From Fistulifera solaris (lineage: Eukaryota), in NCBI GenBank assembly GCA_030295235.1, contig AP026169.1, positions 620,001-684,000 on the forward strand: a stretch of DNA of 64,000 bases, read 5' to 3'. Below, piece after piece: positions 37,547 through 49,987 of the stretch (position 1 is the first letter of the stretch; each line of letters begins with the position of its first letter). Below the pieces are notes generated by a model, which was not told where the DNA came from, did no database searches, and saw only the letters and a program-made list of their open reading frames with translations. A program made the position numbers and the translations under genes.

Positions 37547-38563
37547 TTAGGCTGGTAATTTATTAGCAGTGACTTGTGACAAGTCACCTTGCACTTTGGA
37601 AACACAAACAAAATTTCCATCCAGATCCGACTTCCACAGTTGCACCATTCCTCCATCACCCGACGATGCCAAGACCGTACCTGTGACATTCCATTGACAA
37701 CGCCAAGCATTGGCATCAATGGTCTGTGACGACTCGAGTTTCAAATGCTTGTTGTTATTGTTAGTGTCATTGCTTTTATTCTCAGTAGCGTCCCGACGAA
37801 ATTTGTAAATGCGGAGTTGTTGATTTTCCGCGGATGCGATATAATGAAAGCGTCTACCGACATTCGGAGCCCAAGCAACATCGAGCACATCTCCCTTGGC
37901 GGGTGCTGGCAATTGGACCAGTGATTGCCACGCACGCGCCGATTCACTGTATCGATAAATGACAAGATGACTGCCCCCGGCGACCAGTGTCGGTGGTTCG
38001 AATCGTCCATTGCACCAACTCAAACAGGTACATCCCAACTTGGATCCTTCCTCGAAGGATTGTAAAGCAGCCGCGAGTGGCCATTGTGACAAATTCATAA
38101 TATCGACCGCTTCGTAAATGCGCACACAACCATCGGCACTGCCCACCGCCAATTTGAGACCCCAATGCCGCGGCGCAAATTCGAGACACGTGACGCCCCG
38201 ACGTGCTTCTGTCAATGACGCACGTAACGTCCATCGACTCGCCATGGTATTGGTCGTATGACTCCGTTCTTCCCAGATCTTGGCGTCATGATCACTTCCG
38301 CACGTGGCCAAGATGGATCCAAATTCCGGATGCGCCCAACACAAACTCGTGACCGATCCACGATGAGCTTGCCACTGCGCCGCGAGAGTCCATTCTCCGG
38401 AATCGGTCAAATCCCAAATACGCACAAACCGATCTCCGGAACAAGTGGCGACCCGACGTCCGTAGGTATCGAAACTGACCCAGTGGACGTAATCAAGGTG
38501 CAGCGAGGGAATGATTTGGGTCGATTGATTGACTTGAACGAATTCCGAGTTGTCTTCGGTCAT
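37547..38563 (-). CDS. SEH1: Nucleoporin Seh1 (WD40)
   Basis: HLDYVHWVSFDTYGRRVATCSGD, WAHPEFG, FAPRHWGLKLA, VAWAPNVGR, WNVTGTVLASSGDGG. Confidence 0.92.
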   Translation of the reverse strand: MTEDNSEFVQVNQSTQIIPSLHLDYVHWVSFDTYGRRVATCSGDRFVRIWDLTDSGEWTLAAQWQAHRGSVTSLCWAHPEFGSILATCGSDHDAKIWEERSHTTNTMASRWTLRASLTEARRGVTCLEFAPRHWGLKLAVGSADGCVRIYEAVDIMNLSQWPLAAALQSFEEGSKLGCTCLSWCNGRFEPPTLVAGGSHLVIYRYSESARAWQSLVQLPAPAKGDVLDVAWAPNVGRRFHYIASAENQQLRIYKFRRDATENKSNDTNNNNKHLKLESSQTIDANAWRCQWNVTGTVLASSGDGGMVQLWKSDLDGNFVCVSKVQGDLSQVTANKLPA

Positions 38564-39385
38564 TATTATTACGGAGTATTTTGGTAAATGTGAATTGTTG
38601 TTTTATTCTTTCAAGTAGATGGTAGTTGACTTGCTGGGAATGAAACGAATGAATCAATCAAGAAATAATAATGTTGTTTTGTGTTTTGATGTTATACAAG
38701 TACCAGGTAACATAAGTACTTTGTATTCATTGATTTTTAGGAGTAATTCGTTGCCTCGCAAGGATAGCAACGCGACGATATCTCCGCTCTCCGCTCTACC
38801 GTATAGTCCATCTCTCGAACAACGGACAGGCACGGATGGATGGACAGCCGCTATCCGCTATCCGCTATTGCTACCGTAGCTAGCACAATATGGAAGCGAA
38901 ATCAACCAAAAAAGGCGGAATTTTAGGTATTTTAGTCGTCCAATAACATCATAAATAGCAAAAAAACCAGATGAATTATGAATTATAATACTCGCTTGGA
39001 TGAATTGATCGTAGCTTGCCACTATTTTATTATTTCATTCGTAAAGGGGTGTCGTAGATGACGGGACTGCAGTCTCGTCAAGTCACTCGTCATGGCACCC
39101 ATACACTTCAATCCATACAAAAGTTGTAGTCGATTGAGTGCTGAACAGGTACCGCTTCGAAAAGATGACGTTGCCTGAAAGCATGTTGGCGGAAAACAAA
39201 AACAGCTGTCCTCGTCACAAAATAAATAAAAACGTGTGTCGTGTTGTTGTGAAGAGAAATAAGAGACACTTCTTTGCCTCACAACAATCGTCTCTTTTGC
39301 TCGTTTGGCCTTCCATAATAACTTACAATCCCCGACGAGGCAGTCAAGGCATTCCTACATGTAAACACAATAATAAAAGTTGGCC

Positions 39386-40288
39386 ATGAAGCTTCACACA
39401 CTCGCACTGGTGGGCCCGATCATACTTCTTTTGCAGAACACTATTTTTGGCACGGCGTTTCAGCCCACTCTATCATCGGCACCACCGCAATCTTCCATCA
39501 AAGACTACATCCACGACTTTTGGAGCAAGCCTCGAACGGGATTGGAAGTCGAAAGTCACGTCCGAATATGTTTATCCGATCCCAAGTATTCATACACGAC
39601 CGAAAATCGTCCTTCTATTCAAATTCTATCGAACGAACCACCTCTCTTGGTCGTACACAACTTTCTTTCACCCCAAATGTGTGATGACATCATTCAAACA
39701 GCTCTCCAATCGGGAAACATGCGGCGTTCGACCATTGGAAGTCAGCAAGAAACATCCGAAACTCGCACCAGTTCCACCGTTTGGATCCAAGAACACGAAT
39801 GTCCAATTCCACTCCGCTTAGTGGCCGACAAGGTGTCCTCCATTACCGGCTTACCGACGTCGCATATGGAAAATTTGCAAGTGGTACGGTATGATCCAGG
39901 ACAAGAGTTCCAAATGCATACCGATCATCAAGATTCGTTTAATGATTTGGAATGTCGTGGTCGGTTGGCGACGTGTTTGATTTATTTGGCCGAGCCTGTG
40001 GCAGGAGGAGAAACGTGGTTTCCGGCATTAACATCCGCCAGTGGTACAAATAATGGTGTGTTGGTAACACCGAGACGTGGATCGGCCGTCTTGTTTTGGA
40101 ATACGGTAGAAAAACCCGGTTGTTCCAACTATTCGGCAAATATGTTTCTCCATGCGGATCCTCGGATGCTTCATGCGGGTCTTCCGGCCAGTGAAGGTGA
40201 AAAATGGGTCTGTAATCGATGGATCCATCCAATGGATTTTTGGTGCGGGTGTGCGGGGATTATAAAGAAAAAAAGAGTTTTGTTGTGA
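39386..40288 (+). CDS. Prolyl 4-hydroxylase-like 2OG-Fe(II) oxygenase with signal peptide
   Basis: RTSSTVW, ENLQVVRYDPGQEFQMHTD, YL...GGETWFP, LHAGLP...GEKWVCNRWI; presequence ...GTA|FQP. The true stop may be at ~40264 if a T-run is overcalled. Confidence 0.85.
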   Translation: MKLHTLALVGPIILLLQNTIFGTAFQPTLSSAPPQSSIKDYIHDFWSKPRTGLEVESHVRICLSDPKYSYTTENRPSIQILSNEPPLLVVHNFLSPQMCDDIIQTALQSGNMRRSTIGSQQETSETRTSSTVWIQEHECPIPLRLVADKVSSITGLPTSHMENLQVVRYDPGQEFQMHTDHQDSFNDLECRGRLATCLIYLAEPVAGGETWFPALTSASGTNNGVLVTPRRGSAVLFWNTVEKPGCSNYSANMFLHADPRMLHAGLPASEGEKWVCNRWIHPMDFWCGCAGIIKKKRVLL

Positions 40289-40408
40289 CAGCGCGAAAAG
40301 GAGTTGACGCACAACTCCTACGTCAACAACATTTTCAGAGATTATCGATAGAACAAGTTTCGTACGTAATACAAATCATTACTTCATGGTTCCATGGCAT
40401 TTGTTTTT

Positions 40409-41445
40409 TTACTTCATAAAATTATAAATCACAGCACCGAAACCAATGGCCAGACAAATGCACATAATGTCGACGCAGAGTTTGTCACCCGATCGCCCAA
40501 CTTCTTCCAACGTTTCTTTCATGCGACTGTTCACGTTGGTCATACGGTCCGTGACCTTATCCATCTTGTTGTTGACATTATCCAACATGGCGGACTGTCG
40601 TTTCACTTCTTCTCCCTGTAATGCCGCAATCTCGGCCAAATCTTGAATTCCTTCCCCAATTTCATCCAATTGACGATCAAAGTCCGCATCACGTTCTTCA
40701 ATCTGCATAATTTGTTGACGCTGTCCATCCGTCATGGCAACGCCTCCACCGGTGCCGGCCCAAGACGCTTTCTTGTTACTGGTTCCTATAAAAATTGAAA
40801 AAGAATCGAAGGGATGCGTGAGTTTCCCATTGACAAGCCACAATCGCGGTAATCATCATCAATGAATGAACAAACGTACCCGAATCCGAGTAAAGTGACT
40901 TGGTATTGAGACTAACTCCTGTTCCAGCATTGCGATCTTTCGCATACCCTCGCATTTGTGCTTCCTTGACTTTTTCAATTTCCGCATACAGTCGTCTGAC
41001 CAATTCTGATTGAACTTCCAATTCTTCGGGAGTGAATTTGGATTTCTTTTCCGTGCTTCTTTTTTGTAAATAGCGTCCATTTCATTCCATTCATCGGATG
41101 CCTGCCGAATTTGTTCACGAATCTCGGCTTGCATTTTAATAATCTCTTTGGCGTTGTCTCCACCGAATCCGGCTTTTTTCTTTTTCTTTCGTTTCTTTCA
41201 ATAAGTTGTGAATCGTTTTCATGCGATCGACGACGGTGCTTTTGATTTCCAAGAAACGAGAGCCTTTCTTTTCCGCCTTTTTGCCTTTGCCCATTACGGC
41301 AATATTTTGTGCCTTTTTCTTTCTTTTCTTGCTCGCTGGTTTTCGGCTTCGCACCAATGTCCTCTTGGATCGTGTACAATTTGGTTAACAAATCGGTCAG
41401 TTCTTCATCCTGTTTTGCCGGTTTTTCATTGCCTTCTGCTACCAT
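40409..41445 (-). CDS. Qc-SNARE, SYP7-like
   Basis: SNARE motif DRQLDEIGEGIQDLAEIAALQGEEVKRQ...NSRMKETL plus C-terminal TM KLCVDIMCICLAIGFGAVIYN; N-terminal helical region fragmented by homopolymer indels; intron ~40790-40878. Confidence 0.75.
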
Positions 41446-41677
41446 TCTTTATTGTTGTTTCGTAAGTATATTAGTTGAAGAAGAAGAAAAAACTTCGTCG
41501 TAGAAGAAGAAAGAAGAGTAACAATACAAGCGGGTCAAATAATAGAATAACTCTCAGGCACCGCTGCAGTTGTGTCCGTTTGGAACGATCGCGATGACTT
41601 TTTTTATTGTGGCTCACGCCTGGGAGGCGGAAAAGTTACGCTGCACGGTACGGAGCAAGAAGTACAAGTACAACGCA

Positions 41678-41700
41678 CTACCAGGTACAGTACCTGGTAG
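41678..41700. repeat. Perfect 23-nt odd palindrome CTACCAGGTAC-A-GTACCTGGTAG
   Basis: Read directly; the inner 21-mer recurs exactly at 35269-35289. Confidence 0.8.
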
Positions 41701-42030
41701 CAGCAGACGGAGATAGTCTTACCAGTAGTTTGTAGGCTACTTACTAGAGGAGTGATGAGTGTAACGTAAGAAATCCAGCAAACTGTCATACCGGTAGCGC
41801 CTGACAATAACTAGAGAAATAGTATGGTAACGATGTGAATGTGAGGAAAAATAAACGGAACCTGGTGTGTTGCGGCACATCAGCTACATTAGGCAGGCAG
41901 CAGGCAGCACAACCACTTGCACTTGCACGCAATCGAATATCAAAGTCAACTGTGTATTCATCGATAGATATTGCGTGGTCATGGCAGCCAATGATTTTGT
42001 CGTTGATTTAGACCTGTTTAAAAATCTCGA

Positions 42031-42647
42031 TCAAGTATTGTTAGCGGAACATGTTTTTCCAGAGAAATACAGCGCCGCGTCACAAAAATGATTGAATAGT
42101 TTAATTGATTGATGAGATCCAGCAAAGATTTGAAAGATGTTTCCTGAGACACGTCCTATACTGAGTAAAGCAAGCTCGACGTCATTTAGATACTCCATTA
42201 CTGAGGGAGTATGGCCAATCGGAAGGTCAACAATGGAACACTTTGGTCGGTCCTTGGCATTCTTGCATCGCTTGCAGATAGAGAGGGTGACAACTCCTTT
42301 GGGTTTTGTGACTACGCTTCTTGGCGATATAGTAAGCTTTGCAATAGCCTTTCTGTCCTTTGAAGAGAGCTTAAACACTCGTTGCGGAGGAACCGAATAC
42401 TCTTCGTGAAAAAATGTCTTGAAGCACCAGGAATATTGGTCTTCTTTTGCCATTCCCTTGATAAAAAAGAATCCTTAGAAATTACGTCGGAGTTGGCTTC
42501 GTGGAGAAGAACGTCGCACACGCAACACGCTTTTATCATTGCGCTTTGCAAATATCCGTCGCTCTCTGTGTGCAACCGTAATGAGGTTCGTACTTTGCAC
42601 TCCTCTTTGATATCATTTAGTCTTCTCTGAGATACCATGATAGGCAT
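42031..42647 (-). mobile_element. Decayed Helitron-type fragment (DUF6570-like region)
   Basis: CCVCDVLL...ICKRCK...PKCSIVDLPIGHTP...LNDVELALLS...FAGSHQSIK resembles, from memory, the Cys-rich/DUF6570 region ahead of Helitron Rep domains; truncated and frameshifted. Confidence 0.55.
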
Positions 42648-43736
42648 TCAATATTACGACGTCAATTTGAATACTTATTGTTTTAGCCTTACAGTGTGCC
42701 GCAATGGCGGTGACAACTCGTGTCGGGATTTCGTCCTTTGTTGACGTGTGTCGTGCGTCGCAACGTAATAGGCGGCGAGATTAAGTGCAACGGTCTTACA
42801 ATTTGGCCCTACAAAGAATACAAGAATAAAAAATTGGCGACCACATCGAGCGACTCTGTATATCAAATACGTGCTCCAGGAGAAGATAATAAAACACATG
42901 GGAATTAACGGAAACATAATTTGTACTGTTAAAAACTCTATACCTCCTTTGTGTAGACATTTTTATCAATTCATTTTCTCGTCAGTAGTATACTGTGCTA
43001 TTTTTTTATTTTGAAATTTGGACTGTGGCATAACCAGAAGCTGGGATGCCTGTAGCGAGGTCATTAGCATACATTGCGCCAGAGGGTAAGTCCTTAAGTC
43101 CTAATTTTTGGCGAGAAATGGCCCCCCCTCAGACTCCCCCCCAATGTCAAAGCGAAAAGTGGAACTTTTCGGATTCACGCCGTGCTCGGTGCGTGCAACG
43201 CACAGACCGTTTGTCGCAGTGTGGGCAAGAGTGTGAGCGACCTTTCAGCGTGACTCTCATTTCATTCATGAGACGACAATGAGAGACGATCGTCCCCTTT
43301 GCTTGCATCATTATTTTGACAATAATTTTTTCATTATTTATAACCCAGTACTTGAATGTTTATTCATAATTTCCCAAAGTCAGAATGTAATTTTGACATT
43401 CGAATGAATTTTCTCATTTTATTTGCAGTAGAGTATTATACTATCTCTTCTTGACCCAAAAATACACAATCGGCCAGAGTGTCCCCAACTTTTCACATGA
43501 CTGAGATTTGCAGTCACGAGATTTTTCCCTTGCCAAGAGGACTGTCTTATTTACAGTGACAGTCTGTCACGCGCGCTTCTCACTACCGCGAAGACTGGCG
43601 TACTATAAACATGAAGTATTAATAATATACATTATTCTATATCGTATAAGCTGCCCGGCGCGCATCACTTAGATGAGATTTCCTCGTCAAGACACCAATC
43701 AGCCACTCGATCTCCATTCACATTTTTATCATTCCA

Positions 43737-43765
43737 AAACAACAACAACAACAACAACAACAACA
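43737..43765 (+). repeat. (AAC)n microsatellite upstream of the kinesin gene
   Basis: aacaacaacaacaacaacaacaacaac. Confidence 0.85.
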
Positions 43766-43817
43766 AAAGAAAACGGATAAGAAAATCATTCAAAACAACA
43801 ACTCATTCAGATCAAAA

Positions 43818-46800
43818 ATGTCGTTGATTCCTCAAAGAAAAACGATTCTGGGGGAGTCGAGTGTCAATTCGAACGAGATGAATCATCACAGTAGCCCGTC
43901 CAAAAAGTCTCTCATTCCAGGCGCAAGAAAGACCAACCTACCCGACAACAAAGCCAGCCTTTTGGTGAGAAAGAGCAAGGTCGACTCTGTCTCTAAATCG
44001 GGAGGCAATTTAGATATCAGTAATGTTCCAGGCCTGCAAGGTGAGTGATTTATGGTTCCATGCATACGGCGAATGATCATTGATCGTATGAGTCTCACCA
44101 TATTATCTCCTCCAGTGGCCGTTCGAGTGCGTCCACTCAACAGTAGCGAACAACAGCGTGGGAGAGTTTGGAAAGCCCTCAACAAGTACTCTTCCATTAC
44201 TCAAACGACGCGAGATGGTGAGCCGTTGGCGAAATCGGAACGAGTGATTGGCAAAACATTCTTTACGTATGACAAGTCCTTTGGAGAAAACACCAGCACG
44301 GATATGGTGTACGAGTCGGTGGCCAAAGGCATTGTTCACTCGGTTGTTACCGGTGTGAATGGAACGGTCTTTGCGTACGGTCAGACGAGTTCCGGGAAAA
44401 CGTATACTATGCAAGGTGCCGGCAGTATTGCGGATGGGGCCAAGCCGGGCGCCGGTGGAATCATTCACATGGCTGCCAAAGATATCTTTCGCCAAATCGC
44501 CATGACCCGTGATCGCAGCTTTGTTGTGAAAGCCAGTTTTTTGGAAATTTACAACGAAGAAGTCCGCGATTTGCTCAGTGCGGATGACAAAACGCTCTCC
44601 ATTCGAGAAAATGGTCAAAAGGGGGTCTTTGTCGAATGCACGGAAGAAACAGTTTCTGATGCGAAAAGCTTGGTGGATGTCATTCATCGTGGTGAGCAAG
44701 CTCGAGTAGTGGCATCTACGGCAATGAACGAGCGTTCTTCGCGAAGTCACACTATTATTCGCATCACCGTGGAGAGCTCTTCAAAGTTTGAAGAGAAGGA
44801 GAACATGTCGACAACTGGTTTGGAGTACGACACGATTCGTCACTCGACATTGAGTCTCGTTGATTTGGCGGGGTCGGAGAGTGTGCGCTTGACGGGTGCT
44901 ACTGCTGATCGACAAAAGGAAGGAGGCATGATCAATCAGAGGTAAGTTCGAGTTGGTGTTGAAAGCAAAGCGCATGTTGTGTAATGTCAAAAGTCTCACT
45001 CCCTTTAAAGTCTTCTAGCTTTGTCTCGCGTCGTATCAGCGCTCGGATCCTCCAATCAAAGCTTTGTGAACTTTCGCGACTCGAAGTTGACCAGAATCCT
45101 TCAATCGACTCTGTCTGGAAAGTCGAAGATTTCATTTATTTGCTGCATTACTCCATCCGAAGGGTGCTTGGAAGAAACACGTTCGACGCTGCAATTCGCT
45201 TCGCGCGCTAAACGTGTTAAAGTCCAAGCCGAGGTGAATGAGGTTGTGAACGACAGCGCAACCATCGAACGCCTTCAACGTCAATTGACGTCGGTACAGC
45301 GAGAGGCGCAGAAGAACGAGGCAGAAAATTGCCAAAAACTAGCCCAAGCGTTACTTGAGTCAAAGAATGCACAGCGAGACTTAGAGCTTGCGGAAACAAA
45401 GAATAAAAAAGTCCAAGAGCTTATCGCTAACGGTGAACACTTCTTCGGTGGTCCAATGGACATAACTCGTGTTTCTAACAATAAGAGGCGCCTTTCGGAA
45501 GCGGATGTGCTTGGAACGCCCAAGAAAGTAATGACAGAAGTGGCGGAACCGCCGTCGGACACCCGCGCATACAAACTATCTCGGGTTACGAAAGAAACCA
45601 CTGCTGACATCGACCTCCTTCTTGCCACCCTTCGTGCGAAAGACCAGCGCTTGGAAGAAAAGCAAGGCAAACTCTCTGAGATTTTATTGGTGTTGCAGTC
45701 GACAGACAATGAGTTGAAAGAGGCCCTCGGTGAGAATGAGCTTCTAAGCGCTCAGGAAGAGCGATCGCGCTTGGAGATATCTTCGCTAAGCTCGAAAATC
45801 CAGGTCCTGAAGGCAGAGCTTGCTTCCCAGGATGAAGCTTTGAAAAGGAAAGAAAGTTCGCTTCAAACTGTAAATGACAGCTGGCAAAAGAAATCTCGCT
45901 CCGAAATACCGTTGAACAAGAGGTAGAGAGACTCACTAGAGAAGCTCGTGGTTTACAAGAGCAACTTGACATCGTGAACAGACAGTTTAAGTCTGAATCG
46001 ATTATATTTGAGGAGAAACTATCCCGGGCATCGCAGCAAATGAAACATTTAGAGGAAGAGAAGCGTGCAATTGAGGATGAGCTAGCTCAAAAGCAAGAAC
46101 ATCTTGCGGAGTTGACGAACAGATTGAGCAATTCGGATGAAATGATCAGGCAAATCCGTTTCCTTTTGTTTAATGCGGGCTTTGAACGAGACCAGCTTGT
46201 CTCGAGAAATCAGCAATGCTCCCTTCTAATTTCTGAGCTGCAACAGTCAGTTGCCGAGTATGAAACGAATCTTGCTCACATGGTAGTAGCCTTGCGAACT
46301 GTCCGAGAAGAACTCTGCGAACAGGCCGATCGATACCAAGCGCTGGAAGATGAAGTAAACGCTCTTGAAGCTTCCGAAACCTCCTTGAAGAACGAACTTG
46401 TCAAAGTGAAGTCGGAGCTGGAATATATGTGCACCCAGAACGCTTCTCTCGAGGAAGAAATTGCTTCGTCGAACGCTGGCCTGAAGTCCCTTCATGAAAA
46501 GGTGTTACATCAGGATTTACTTATCGAAGACTTGAATCAAAAAGCAGAGAAATACGACAAGGCTGTGTTGGATTGTGAGGAGGCATCTATAGCGCTTGCA
46601 AAGGCCGAAAAGTTTGTTACGCTGGTCAAAAGGAACTCGACGAACAAACATTGCAATCCAAGAAGTTGACGATGGAGCTTGAGAACTCCAGAACTAACGT
46701 GGACGATCTTCAGAGTGCTATGTATGACAAAGATCAAATGGTAAATGAATTGAAACAAAGCCTTACATCCGTCCAGAATGAGATCAAAGCAATCGATAAG

Positions 46801-48726
46801 CAACTTATTGTCTTACGAGAGGAGAATGAATATCTTAAGGATGCCGCGGCTCATAGCCAAGACACGATTTCGGGTTTGGAACAAAAACAAGCGGAAGCAG
46901 AGCTTCGAAGTGAATCGCTGGAGGCATCGTTGGCCCAGCTAAACATCATCGAACAGCGCCTTCGAGCTGAGCTTGATTTCAAAGCAACTGAACATCTAAA
47001 ACTTGTTTCGGATTACGAATGTAATGAAAAGGAAATGCGAGAAGCGATGCGAATGCTAGAGAATATCCAAACTGAGTACGCTTCCATCAAAGCTGAAAAT
47101 GGAGAGAAACGAGAGCAGTTGGTTCGCCTTGAAAGAGAGAACATCGTGTTACAGAAGGAACTTAGCGAGCAGAGCAATGTTGTTACTGAACTGAAAAGTT
47201 CTAAATCTACTCTCGAAGAAGAGCTAAACGCTCGTGCTGCTGAGATGGAAGAAACGAATGGTCTAAATGAAGTCTTGAGAGCTCGTCTGCAGGAGTATTC
47301 GGACTTGGATGCTCAGCTACACCGTGAGCGTGAAGCTCGAGAGATCTCTGCCGCAAACCATGAAGGAACCATCTCCGCCCTAGAGACTCAACTGTCAGAT
47401 GCTATCGCCAAAGTGCGATATCTTGAACAAGAAATTGAAGAAGCACATGCGTCCGAAGCAAAGCTCCGCAGCGAGATAAGCGAGAATAGCAATATCATCG
47501 AGGAACTACGTAACCAAGGACAGAGTTTTGAAAGCGTGCTGTCCGATAAGGAGTCGGAGCTAACGTTGATAGGGAAACACCTTGACGAATCCAGAAACGA
47601 GGTTGCCCAGCTTCATGAGATGATGGGCACTTACAACAAAAGATGCACTGAATTGGAAGAATTGGTTGCGGATCAAACATCAAAGATTGAAATGCAAAGT
47701 GTTGTCCAGAGGGAACAGGCGTCTGCTCTCGAAGAGAAATTGGATGAGATCAAAGAGCTCGAAGTCATGTTGGAAGTTCGCTCAGGAGCCTTGCGTGAGG
47801 CTGAGCAGGAAATGAGAATGCTGAATAATCAACAGAATATGCAAATTCAGCAAATCATGCAGCTTGAGACTGAACTAGACGACGCTCAGGAGAAAGAAAA
47901 AGAACTGTTGCAGCAAATCGAGTTACTTCAAAGTCAATCAGAAAAGCAAGGCGACGAGATTTTGGCGCCTATTGCTGAAACTATTGCAATCGACGCGTCT
48001 CCTATCATTAGCTTCACTCCTTTCCCCCCCTGGACAAGTATCTTGTGAAGTCACTTCAGTAGTATCTGGAATAAAGTGCTCCGGCGAGACGACGACCTGG
48101 ACTTGCAGATTGTGTAAAAAGGAGGATGACGCAATTGATTTGGAGTTGTCGGAGAAAGGTTATGCTTTCAACTGGCTTTCCCGAGATGCATCGGCATCAC
48201 ACCTCAGAGCAGTAGCAATTGACCACGCTGAGAAGGAAGGACACGAAGTTCTCTGGAATTTTGCAAAGAAAGATAGCATTGACGAAGAGGTTTGTGGCTT
48301 GAGTCGAGGAGCCTCGGGTGCTCGTTGGTCGCTATTACAAGCAGCAGACATTTCTACATATGAAGAGTTCCGAAATGACGTCTCGTGGCCACCAAAATCA
48401 CCATCCGGCCTTATCGCTTACAGCGTGAAGCGCTTCGCTCGAGCTGAAGGAGTTTTATTGCAAGCAAGTGCTCACATGTTCAAAAAGATTAATGGGGAAA
48501 AGCCGTCACCAAAGGTGACAATGTCCGCGACGACTGCCGCGCTGTTCTCCAAATCCATTATCAGGCCATTGTTCGGGCCATTGAGCGCAATTGGACCGCC
48601 ATCCAAGCAATGTCTTCTCAAGAAGTTTATGTTCGTATCCAGGATATTTTGATTGGAGGTCACTACCGCGAAACTGCCCTTTACGTCCCTAGCGATGACG
48701 ACGCGGAGCAGATTTTCCGCTCCTAA
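43818..48726 (+). CDS. Kinesin-7 (CENP-E-like) with long coiled coil and non-coiled C-terminal domain
   Basis: VAVRVRPL, FAYGQTSSGKTYTM, MNERSSRSH, LVDLAGSE, NFRDSKLTRILQ, ETRSTLQFASRAK; introns ~44041-44115 and ~44942-45010; several indels. The extension beyond 48048 is inferred. Confidence 0.85.
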
Positions 48727-48796
48727 TCTGGATTCGAATAAAATTCTAACTGCATATTTAGTTTGTTATTCTTTACATGACTATTCTTTATTAACG

Positions 48797-49987
48797 TTAG
48801 GAGTCGTACATGCGCAAGCCAGTGTTTTTATCCACTGTTGGAAATGGATTGTCCTGCGGTTGGTTGAACGTTTGCACTTTAGCCGCTACCAAGTCCAATG
48901 ATTTGACTTCTTCTCCTGACAGCGACCATTGCAAAGCACCGTAGTTGCTCTGCACTTGTTGCAAGGTCCGAGCCCCTGGAATAGGGATAGTTCCTTTGGC
49001 GCGGGCCCAGTTCAAAGCGACTTGTGCCGGTGTTGCCGCAGCGTGACCATCCGCAATCTCCTGCATAGTCCGCAACAAATTGTCGTAATCGGGTGTACTT
49101 TTTAACTTATCGAAAATGAGTTTGCGCGGTCCCTGTGGCGGCCGTTCCATTGTATACTTTCCTGTGAGCATCCCCAACGCGAGTGGCGAATACGACAAGA
49201 TTTGAACTCCCAAATCTTGACAAGCCTGTGCGAGACCATTCTCCAAAGGATGACGATACAACAAGCTCATTTGAATTTGGTTCGTGGCCAGGGGGAATGC
49301 CGCGTTGCGCCAGTGCCGCATGACATGCCCTCAAGGCGTCGACCCCATAATTGGAGACACCTACGGCTTTCACCAAGCCTTGTTCATACGCCATGGCGAG
49401 TCCATCCCAGTATTCGGCATTCGACCATGCTCCAGGAAAATGAATTTGATACAAATCAATCGGTCGGTTGCCCAATCGCTTTACGGATGCTTGACAGGCT
49501 TGTACGACACTCTGTGGTTGGGTCCGCCAAGGCAAAGGGGCAAATTTGGTGGCAATTTGAATTTGATCGGGAGGATACTGTTTGGCAAAGTCCCCAATCA
49601 ACGATTCGGAACGACCGAGCCCGTACAATTCGGCCGTATCAAACAGGGTTGTCGTGTATTTGCCATTGTTGGATTGTGTCATGGCGAAATCAAAGACTTG
49701 TTGCAATTCGGCATCATTTTTGGGATTGTATCCCCAAAGAGTGAATCACCCCACGCCCAGGCACCCAAACCGAGAGGAGGTAAACTGATGGGTGCAAGAG
49801 TAGCCATGTTGGTAATTGGTTGTGCAACGGCAGCCTGTTGCGGCAATCCGAGAGTCGCCGCCGTGATGGCCGTTGTTTGCAGTTCGTGACAAAATTGCCG
49901 ACGCGAGGATAGAGGTTGATGATTCCATCCGTGAACAGTAAATGCAGCGCACAGCGAAAGTACAAATAGTTTGTTAGGCATGTTCAT
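48797..49987 (-). CDS. Aldo-keto reductase (pyridoxal-reductase-like) with plastid-type presequence
   Basis: LGLGAWAWGD, FDTAELYG, IATKF, IDLYQIH, AVGVSNY, SYSPLALGMLTGKY, QVALNW, IPIPGAR; two homopolymer indels. Confidence 0.88.
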
